A stretch of DNA of 32,000 bases from assembly GCA_942492995.1 (NCBI GenBank), contig OW818653.1:1950001-1982000 (forward strand), in the 5' to 3' direction. The stretch is from an uncultured Erysipelotrichaceae bacterium (GTDB lineage Bacteria; Bacillota_I; Bacilli_A; Erysipelotrichales; Erysipelotrichaceae). Below the pieces are notes generated by a model, which made no database searches, had not been told where the DNA came from, and saw nothing but the letters and a program-made list of their open reading frames with translations. Of the stretch, positions 1 through 5,839 are shown in pieces. Position numbers and translations under genes: made by a program. Positions within the stretch are counted from its first letter, which is position 1. Every line of letters starts with the position of its first letter.

Positions 1-1
1 A

Positions 2-214
2 CCGACAGTAAGTATTGAAGCAGATCTTGTAATATCACTAACTGTATTCATCACAATACTAATGGCGAATATAACGGGTGGATTACTTCCTTTATTCGCA
101 TTAATCTTTAAACAAGATCCTGCCGCAATGGCAAGTCCACTCATCACAACGATTGTCGATGCACTCGCATTAATTGTCTATTTTAAGCTAGCGATGCAGT
201 TCTTATCGATTTAG
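2..214 (+). CDS. mgtE: Mg2+ transporter MgtE, C-terminal fragment (5' end outside window)
   Basis: Frame 2 is open from the window edge to TAG at 212-214. The translation ...ITGGLLPLFALIFKQDPAAMASPLITTIVDALALIVYFKLAMQFLSI resembles the last TM helices of MgtE channels. Confidence 0.8.
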   Translation, partial: PTVSIEADLVISLTVFITILMANITGGLLPLFALIFKQDPAAMASPLITTIVDALALIVYFKLAMQFLSI

Positions 215-255
215 CTATGATATAATAGATAAACAGAAAATAAAGGAGATATACT

Positions 256-969
256 ATGTCTACACCACATAATGCAGCACAAAAAAATGATGTTGCGAAA
301 TTAGTATTAATGCCAGGCGATCCATTACGTGCCAAGATGATTGCGGAAACGTATTTAGAAAACGTTACCCAATTCAATTCAGTTCGTAATATGTTTGGTT
401 ATACTGGAACCTATAAAGGCCATCCTGTATCCGTAATGGGTTCAGGTATGGGCATGCCAAGTATCGGTATCTACTCATACGAATTATATGATCAATATGG
501 AGTTGAAACGATTGTTCGTATCGGCTCATGTGGATCATATCGTGAAGATTGTAAGATTTATGATGTAATTCTAGCAGACAGTGCATACAGTGAATCAACC
601 TATGCAGAAACTGCGTTTGGTTACACTGAAAATGTTCAACTACCGGATGCGGATGTTAATGCATCACTCATCAATATTGCGAAGGAATTAGATATTCCAA
701 TGCACGTTGGTCGTATTCATTCAGGAGATGTATTCTATCATGGTGCAGGATCTGTTCCTTACCAAGAAAAAGTTGCGAAGTATGATTTACTAGCGGCTGA
801 AATGGAATCATTTGCGTTATTTGCGAATGCTCGTTATTTAGGTAAGAAAGCGGCTTGTTTATTAACCGTTTCTGATTCTATCGTTACGCATGAAGCAACT
901 ACTGCAGAAGAACGCCAAAATGCATTCACTAAAATGATGGAGATCGCATTAGGCTTAGCGGTAAAGTAA
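256..969 (+). CDS. deoD: purine nucleoside phosphorylase, DeoD type
   Basis: 237 aa. The N-terminus TPHNAA...VLMPGDPLRAKMIAETYLE...FGYTGTYKG..VSVMGSGMG.PS is near-collinear with E. coli DeoD. SD AAGGAG lies upstream. Confidence 0.93.
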   Translation: MSTPHNAAQKNDVAKLVLMPGDPLRAKMIAETYLENVTQFNSVRNMFGYTGTYKGHPVSVMGSGMGMPSIGIYSYELYDQYGVETIVRIGSCGSYREDCKIYDVILADSAYSESTYAETAFGYTENVQLPDADVNASLINIAKELDIPMHVGRIHSGDVFYHGAGSVPYQEKVAKYDLLAAEMESFALFANARYLGKKAACLLTVSDSIVTHEATTAEERQNAFTKMMEIALGLAVK

Positions 970-970
970 A

Positions 971-1162
971 ATGAAAACAATTCTCTTTATTCGCGATATG
1001 AACACTGAGGAAGCAGCTCAAAAGGTTGCGGATGCTTTGTCGGAAACACGTGTTGATTTCGAAGTAAAATTAAAAGATCGTTGTGTGGCAATAGAGGGAA
1101 GAAACGATGTTGTGTATACTGCGAAAGTCGCAATCCGTGAAGCAGGTTTCAATGTAGATTAA
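971..1162 (+). CDS. small HMA-fold-like protein lacking the CxxC metal site
   Basis: 63 aa, starting 1 nt after the deoD stop. The pattern F.....(DMNTEEA)....AL......V..V......V.......AI.EAGF follows the heavy-metal-associated ferredoxin-like fold, but GMTCxxC is replaced by DMNTEEA. Confidence 0.55.
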   Translation: MKTILFIRDMNTEEAAQKVADALSETRVDFEVKLKDRCVAIEGRNDVVYTAKVAIREAGFNVD

Positions 1163-1189
1163 ATCAGTCAAAAATGACTGATTTTTTTA
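1163..1189 (+). terminator. rho-independent terminator after the deoD operon
   Basis: Stem ATCAGTCA / TGACTGAT with loop AAAA, followed by a T-run. Confidence 0.75.
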
Positions 1190-1253
1190 TTAAAAATACT
1201 TGCCAACTCGTTTACCTTTATGATAGTATTATAGGGCACTGACGTATTGCCTT

Positions 1254-1346
1254 GGGGAAGTACTCAAGTGGCTGAAGAGGTGCCCCTGCTAAGGGTATAG
1301 GTCGGGTCAAACTGGCGCGAGGGTTCAAATCCCTCCTTCCCCGCCA
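1254..1346 (+). tRNA. tRNA-Ser (anticodon GCU)
   Basis: Acceptor GGGGAAG/CTTCCCC, anticodon loop CUGCUAA, long variable arm, T-loop GGTTCAAATCC, encoded CCA. Confidence 0.9.
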
Positions 1347-1363
1347 AAAAAACAAAAGTGAAT

Positions 1364-1439
1364 GGTCCAGTGGTGTAGTGGTTAACATGCCTCCCTGTCA
1401 CGGAGGAGATCGCGGGTTCGAGTCCCGTCTGGACCGCCA
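1364..1439 (+). tRNA. tRNA-Asp (anticodon GUC)
   Basis: Acceptor GGTCCAG/CTGGACC, anticodon stem CCTCC/GGAGG with loop CUGUCAC, T-loop GGTTCGAGTCC, encoded CCA. Confidence 0.92.
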
Positions 1440-1440
1440 T

Positions 1441-1514
1441 GCAGGTGTAGTTCAATGGTAGAACGCGACCTTGCCAAGGTCGACACGAGGGTTCGATTCC
1501 CTTCACCTGCTCCA
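1441..1514 (+). tRNA. tRNA-Gly (anticodon GCC)
   Basis: Acceptor GCAGGTG/CACCTGC, anticodon stem CGACC/GGTCG with loop UUGCCAA, T-loop GGTTCGATTCC, encoded CCA. Confidence 0.92.
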
Positions 1515-1527
1515 AAAGAGCTCGATG

Positions 1528-1553
1528 AGATGTACTAAGTACATCTTTTTTTT
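1528..1553 (+). terminator. terminator of the tRNA Ser-Asp-Gly cluster
   Basis: Stem AGATGTAC / GTACATCT with loop TAA, followed by T8. Confidence 0.8.
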
Positions 1554-1621
1554 ATTTATAAGTAGATTAAAAAAAAGAGTATTTAGAATCGTTTGATTCT
1601 TTAACTACTCATTTCAGAACG

Positions 1622-2107
1622 TTAATTCTTATCGATGATAATCGCATATCGATTACCATTGATTAAATAGATATACTCACTGTATTTACTTGTATGAGAT
1701 ATTTTCTTTAATATTCTATAACATTCACATCTAGTTATTTCACTGAAGTATTTATTATGCTCATAGATAGAGTAATCTCTAACAATAACTTCATTTAGAT
1801 AACCATCTGAATTCTGATATAAATCACTAGTTTCAAATAGATATAATTGTGTATCATAATCGTTATTACTGTATTCAATCACATAGAAATATGTGTTTTC
1901 TCCAAAAAAAACATTACCATCACCTTCGGAATCAACTATTGTAAAATTACCATCTAATAAAGGAATATCTTTTAATAACTGTTGTCGTGTACTGTCTTCA
2001 ATATAATCTTGATAAGATTCACTGTTTAAATAGTTTATAAGTAAAAGTGAAACTATTAAAATCAAACTTAAGATGCTTACAAACGTAATTAATAATATCT
2101 TTTTCAT
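1622..2107 (-). CDS. hypothetical protein with N-terminal signal-anchor
   Basis: The ORF track gives 1622..2194. I prefer the internal ATG at 2107, which is preceded by SD GGTGGGGA (complement of 2109-2116). The N-terminus MKKILLITFVSILSLILIVSLLLI is a TM helix. No family recognised. Confidence 0.55.
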   Translation of the reverse strand: MKKILLITFVSILSLILIVSLLLINYLNSESYQDYIEDSTRQQLLKDIPLLDGNFTIVDSEGDGNVFFGENTYFYVIEYSNNDYDTQLYLFETSDLYQNSDGYLNEVIVRDYSIYEHNKYFSEITRCECYRILKKISHTSKYSEYIYLINGNRYAIIIDKN

Positions 2108-2255
2108 TTCCCCACCTTTAAACATAATATCATTTATCAATATTGGATAGAAGTTAGTTATAAATACATATCTATGATATTTAGTTGATTTCAATAATAT
2201 GGGTTATATCTCTTTGGTTTATACTCATGAGTAACTAGCTTGGCTTGAAACAAAA

Positions 2256-2283
2256 GAGGGTTCGATTCCAATCATCAGCTACA
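2256..2283 (+). pseudogene. degenerate copy of the tRNA-Gly(GCC) 3' end (T-arm to acceptor)
   Basis: GAGGGTTCGATTCCaatCAtCaGCTaCA versus tRNA-Gly 1487-1514 GAGGGTTCGATTCCcttCAcCtGCTcCA: 22 of 28 identical, the first 14 perfect. No 5' half, so not a functional tRNA. Confidence 0.55.
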
Positions 2284-2372
2284 TTAACTTATTCGTTAAA
2301 CATCAAGGAATTGATTTTTTTATGTTAAGTAGAAATATTTGGAACAATTCTCTTTTAAAATTATTGATAATT

Positions 2373-2390
2373 GATAGCATAAATGCTATC
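2373..2390 (+). promoter_or_regulatory. perfect palindrome overlapping the TA promoter (candidate antitoxin operator)
   Basis: GATAGCAT-AA-ATGCTATC sits between the TTGATA -35-like boxes (2365-2376) and the TATCAT/TAATAT -10-like hexamers (2387-2397), about 30 nt upstream of the toxin start. Confidence 0.5.
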
Positions 2391-2418
2391 ATAATATTGT
2401 GGTTAAATGGGGGAACAC

Positions 2419-2781
2419 ATGAATGAGATTTTGTTTTATGAGAATTCTGATGGTAGTTCAGATTTGTGGGATTTTTTAGAAGAATTAAGGATTAAATCAT
2501 CTAAGAATAAAGATTGTCATGTTCAATATAAGCAAATTATCTTTCAAATTGAGTTGCTTAAGATCAATGGTACTAACTTGCCTAATACTATAGTACGTCA
2601 TTTAGTTGAAGATATTTACGAGTTGAGACCAGGTAATAACCGTGTTCTGTTTTTCTATTTTAAGGATAATAAATATGTGCTATTACATCAGTTTAGAAAG
2701 AAAACTCAAAAAACTCCTCAGAGTGAAATAACTAAAGCAAAAAATGAAAGAAACAAATACATCAAAAGAGAAGGAGTATAA
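2419..2781 (+). CDS. type II toxin, RelE/HigB superfamily (phage Gp49-like)
   Basis: The track ORF is 2407..2781; the ATG at 2419 follows GGGGGAA. The sequence NEILFYENSDGSSDLWDFLEEL...IYELRPGNNRVLFFYFKDNKYVLLHQFRKKTQKTP is typical of the Gp49-like RelE/HigB family. The toxin-first gene order matches higBA. Confidence 0.8.
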   Translation: MNEILFYENSDGSSDLWDFLEELRIKSSKNKDCHVQYKQIIFQIELLKINGTNLPNTIVRHLVEDIYELRPGNNRVLFFYFKDNKYVLLHQFRKKTQKTPQSEITKAKNERNKYIKREGV

Positions 2782-2785
2782 ATTT

Positions 2786-3064
2786 ATGAAAACTTGGGAC
2801 AACTATAAAGAATATGTTAAATCGATTGATGATGCTAGTAAACGAGAAGTCGAAGAACTCGAAATGCATGCTAATATCGTTAGTGAAATAATTGCTAAAC
2901 GTAATTCACTTGGGTTAAGTCAACGTCAACTATCAGAAATATGTGGTATTCCACAATCGTCATTAGCGCGAATTGAAACGTTTAAAATTACACCAAAAAT
3001 GGATACTATATTGAAAATAATGAGTCCATTGGGTTTAAGATTAACAGTAACTTCTTATAAATAA
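2786..3064 (+). CDS. XRE-family HTH antitoxin (HigA-like)
   Basis: The ATG at 2786 follows AAGGAG, 4 nt after the toxin stop. The HTH is LGLSQRQLSEICGIPQSSLARIE. Confidence 0.8.
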   Translation: MKTWDNYKEYVKSIDDASKREVEELEMHANIVSEIIAKRNSLGLSQRQLSEICGIPQSSLARIETFKITPKMDTILKIMSPLGLRLTVTSYK

Positions 3065-3180
3065 AAAATAAGTTTTTCATGAGAATGTTATTTATAATTT
3101 TGTAATTACGCTCTAATTGAAGTTTAAGAATTACTAAGACTATACGGGGAATTGAATAAGAAGAATTCATATTTCTCTCA

Positions 3181-3221
3181 CCAAAAGAGTTCGATGAGAA
3201 GTACTAAGTACTTCTTTTTTT
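3181..3221 (+). repeat. second copy of the tRNA-Gly CCA end plus terminator hairpin
   Basis: 41 nt align to 1512-1552 with 3 mismatches. Two of these are a compensatory pair in the stem (AGATGTAC/GTACATCT becomes AGAAGTAC/GTACTTCT). A T-run follows. Confidence 0.75.
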
Positions 3222-3276
3222 ACTTTTTTGTCTTATATGATATATTTATTTCAATAGACTTTAAAAGGGGGACAGT

Positions 3277-3423
3277 ATGGATTATACATTCGGATATTTT
3301 AACTTTTTAATGGGTTCGTATTTTATATTTCTTCTAGTATTTGGTTTATCAATCTTAATTTTGATATGGGTATCAATTATTTATCTTGTTAAAAAGATAC
3401 GTCGTATGGAACATTTGAAATAA
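3277..3423 (+). CDS. hypothetical 48-aa single-TM peptide
   Basis: Not in the ORF track (under 60 aa). The ATG at 3277 follows AAAGGGGGA. Translation: MDYTFGYFNFLMGSYFIFLLVFGLSILILIWVSIIYLVKKIRRMEHLK. Confidence 0.4.
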   Translation: MDYTFGYFNFLMGSYFIFLLVFGLSILILIWVSIIYLVKKIRRMEHLK

Positions 3424-3427
3424 TGTT

Positions 3428-3501
3428 GCAGGTGTAGTTCAATGGCAGAACGCAACCTTCCCAAGGTTGATACGCGAGTTCGATTCTCGTCACCTGCTCC
3501 A
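3428..3501 (+). tRNA. tRNA-Gly (anticodon UCC)
   Basis: Acceptor GCAGGTG/CACCTGC, anticodon stem CAACC/GGTTG with loop UUCCCAA, T-loop AGTTCGATTCT, encoded CCA. Confidence 0.92.
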
Positions 3502-3537
3502 ACTTTAAACATACATATCATTAACACTAAGGAATTT

Positions 3538-3834
3538 ATGCAAAGAGAAATTAAACGTTCATACAGGAGTTTTAGTCCATTTCTTATCGTATTAGTTATC
3601 ATAGATCTACTTTTAATCAGAGACGCATTAAGTTTATTTTCGAGTTTATTGAGGTTAGATGGCGAAGGGACTGGATATTATTTATTAGGGATTATTGAAG
3701 TTTTTGATTCACTTACGTATACAGAAGCTTATAAGGTATTGTATGGTTTAGTACTAATGATTGTTGTAATTGGTATACCAATCATTATTATGTTTATTGT
3801 TGGATTAAGAAAACGAAATCGTTACAGAAGATAA
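3538..3834 (+). CDS. hypothetical membrane protein (98 aa)
   Basis: The track ORF 3442..3834 overlaps the tRNA, so I use the internal ATG at 3538. Two hydrophobic helices and a basic C-terminus RKRNRYRR. Confidence 0.5.
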   Translation: MQREIKRSYRSFSPFLIVLVIIDLLLIRDALSLFSSLLRLDGEGTGYYLLGIIEVFDSLTYTEAYKVLYGLVLMIVVIGIPIIIMFIVGLRKRNRYRR

Positions 3835-3841
3835 AATGTGA

Positions 3842-3868
3842 AACGAGAACATTAGCTCTCGTTTTTTT
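3842..3868 (+). terminator. rho-independent terminator
   Basis: Stem AACGAGA / TCTCGTT followed by T7. Confidence 0.65.
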
Positions 3869-4025
3869 GTTTATTCGGTTTCGAATTATAGTAAATAACT
3901 AAATAGAGTATGACGACATTATATGCAACTATTATCGCAAGCCAATTAAATCTACTGAACCCAAATATGAAAATCGAAATAAAAAGTGTATACACAAAAG
4001 CTTTTAATGTTCTGTTTTTAATCAT
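3852..4025 (-). CDS. hypothetical small membrane protein (57 aa)
   Basis: The track ORF is 3852..4034 (GTG start). The ATG at 4025 is preceded by GGTGGG. Two predicted TM helices. Confidence 0.35.
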   Translation of the reverse strand: MIKNRTLKAFVYTLFISIFIFGFSRFNWLAIIVAYNVVILYLVIYYNSKPNKQKNES

Positions 4026-4166
4026 GTTTCCCACCGCGTGATTACTTTCTATTCAATTATATGGTAACTTTAAATGCTTATCCAGAAATAAATATAGTTA
4101 CTTAAAAGTAACTATTTGAACTTAAGATGATTTCATATAAAATCGTACCATGGAGAAAATGAAGTA

Positions 4167-5093
4167 ATGATACTTAATACAGGTTCAAGAACAGATATTC
4201 CTGCATATTATAGTGAATGGTTCTATCAAAGAATAAAGGAAGGTTTTGTATGTGTACGGAATCCGTATAATCCAAATCTTATTCATCGTTATCAATTAGA
4301 TCCAACAGTCGTAGATTGTCTTGTTTTTTGTACGAAAAATCCTGCCTTGATGTTAAATCGTTTGGATGAGATCCAAGCCTTTAAACAGTTCTGGGCAGTT
4401 ACGATTACACCATATGGCAAAGATATTGAACCGAATGTACCAGATAAATTAAAAGTCATTGAGGACTTTATTACATTATCGAAAGTTGTTGGTAAGAATT
4501 CGATTGAATGGAGATATGATCCAATATTCATTAATGATAAATATACATTGGATTATCATATACGATCATTTACGAAGATAGCACAAAAATTATCAGGCTA
4601 TACTAACGCATGTGTTGTTAGTTTTATTGATCTATATGAGAAGACACAACGAAATTTCCCAAGTGTTCAAGAAGTATCACTAGAACATCAAATAAAGCTA
4701 ATACAGGCGTTTGTCGAAATAGGTAATAAATATAGTATTCATATAAAAACATGTTTAGAGAAGAGTGAATTAGGGTTATATGGCGCAGATACGCGAGGTT
4801 GTTTAACACAAGAGGTTATAGAGGAATCAATTGATCATAAACTTAATATCCCAACACTACCCAATGCACGTAAAGGGTGTGATTGTTTGTTGGGAAATGA
4901 TATTGGAGCGTATAACAGTTGTGGACATGGATGTGTGTATTGTTACGGTAATTATGATAATGAAAGTGTTAGACGTAATATGAAAAATCATCGTAAAGAT
5001 TCACCATTATTGATTGGGACAATTGATAAAGATGATGTGATAAAGGATATGAAACAAGTGAGTTATCTTGATTATCAATTACGTTTATTCTAA
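4167..5093 (+). CDS. DUF1848 family protein with C-terminal Cys cluster
   Basis: The N-terminus ILNTGSRTDIPAYYSEWFYQRIKEGFV.VRNPYNP matches my memory of the DUF1848 signature. The C-terminus has C238xC240 and C252x3C256x2C259. Confidence 0.75.
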   Translation: MILNTGSRTDIPAYYSEWFYQRIKEGFVCVRNPYNPNLIHRYQLDPTVVDCLVFCTKNPALMLNRLDEIQAFKQFWAVTITPYGKDIEPNVPDKLKVIEDFITLSKVVGKNSIEWRYDPIFINDKYTLDYHIRSFTKIAQKLSGYTNACVVSFIDLYEKTQRNFPSVQEVSLEHQIKLIQAFVEIGNKYSIHIKTCLEKSELGLYGADTRGCLTQEVIEESIDHKLNIPTLPNARKGCDCLLGNDIGAYNSCGHGCVYCYGNYDNESVRRNMKNHRKDSPLLIGTIDKDDVIKDMKQVSYLDYQLRLF

Positions 5094-5121
5094 TAAAAAA
5101 GAAGTCAATGATTGACTTCTT
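5094..5121 (-). terminator. terminator of the histidine phosphatase gene (hairpin shared with the convergent DUF1848 gene)
   Basis: Palindrome AAGAAGTCAAT/ATTGACTTCTT. An A7 run on the plus side gives a T-run on the minus strand. Confidence 0.6.
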
Positions 5122-5713
5122 GGTAATCGAAACCGTCGTTTTCTAGGTTAGGATAAATTATTTCTTTTAAGTTAAATTTCTTATCTTCATATTCATATCT
5201 AAATATTGTACAGTTTCCAAGTTTGCCTTTTAAGACAGACCATGGATATAACCAACGTGACATGAACTGAATCGATGCTCCAGCATGCGATACAGCGATG
5301 ACATTATGGTGACCATCTTTTTCCATCACTTCAGTTAAATAATTAACCATGCGTTCTTCTGTTTGAGACGCATGTTCGCCGCCATATGGTACGAAGAATG
5401 ATTTGTGGACTTCACGATCAACTGGGTTAAGATCTTCACTCTCACCCTCGAATGTTCCAAAATTGCGTTCTTTTAAGCTCTTATGACGAGTATACGGTAA
5501 TCTTCCTTCTAAGATAAGTTCTAACGTATCAGAACTTCTTTCTGCAGTTGAACAATATGCATTATCTAATGGGATATCCTTAAAGAATTTACGAACATGT
5601 TCAGCTTGTTTAATCCCAAGTTCAGTTAGGGGTGAATCACACGCTCCTTGAATTTTTCGGCGAACATTAAACAATGTTTGTCCATGGCGCATGAGATAAA
5701 GTGTTTTTTTCAT
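5105..5713 (-). CDS. histidine phosphatase family protein (phosphoglycerate mutase-like)
   Basis: N-terminal LMRHGQT catalytic motif and a later SHAG motif. SD AAAGGATGA upstream. Confidence 0.85.
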   Translation of the reverse strand: MKKTLYLMRHGQTLFNVRRKIQGACDSPLTELGIKQAEHVRKFFKDIPLDNAYCSTAERSSDTLELILEGRLPYTRHKSLKERNFGTFEGESEDLNPVDREVHKSFFVPYGGEHASQTEERMVNYLTEVMEKDGHHNVIAVSHAGASIQFMSRWLYPWSVLKGKLGNCTIFRYEYEDKKFNLKEIIYPNLENDGFDYQEVNH

Positions 5714-5839
5714 TGTGTCATCCTTTCAAAACGTAACAGCTCTATTCTACACGTTATCGTAATTTTCTTGAATTAAAATGTGATAATTTACGATAAAATA
5801 ACAAATGTTCTGTATTTTTGTGTACAATTAAATCAAGTT

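Noticed and set aside
183-598. Minus-strand ORFs 183-377 and 374-598
   Set aside because: They are antisense to the mgtE end and to deoD. No SD, and implausible composition.
1264-1515. 83-aa ORF on the minus strand
   Set aside because: It lies entirely antisense to three well-folded tRNA genes (Ser, Asp, Gly). It is an artefact of GC-rich structured tRNA sequence.
1555-3180. Calling the tRNA-Gly-associated insert an intact mobile element or prophage
   Set aside because: There is no integrase, recombinase, transposase or terminal inverted repeats. Only att-like remnants and a TA pair remain, so it is reported as a scar and not annotated as a mobile_element.
3381-3602. 73-aa minus-strand ORF, and the first 96 nt of the plus-strand ORF 3442..3834
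   Set aside because: Both run through tRNA-Gly(UCC). The plus-strand ORF was trimmed to the ATG at 3538 and the minus-strand ORF was discarded.
4157-4169. Two-codon mini-uORF ATG-AAG-TAA overlapping the DUF1848 start (TAATG)
   Set aside because: It is too short and unsupported. GGAG at 4152-4155 can serve the 4167 ATG directly, so chance is the simplest explanation.
5779-5794. TGTGA half-site upstream of the GlpA-like gene as a second Crp/Fnr box
   Set aside because: The partner half after N6 is ACGAT, matching 1 of 5 positions of TCACA, so it is not a credible dimer site.
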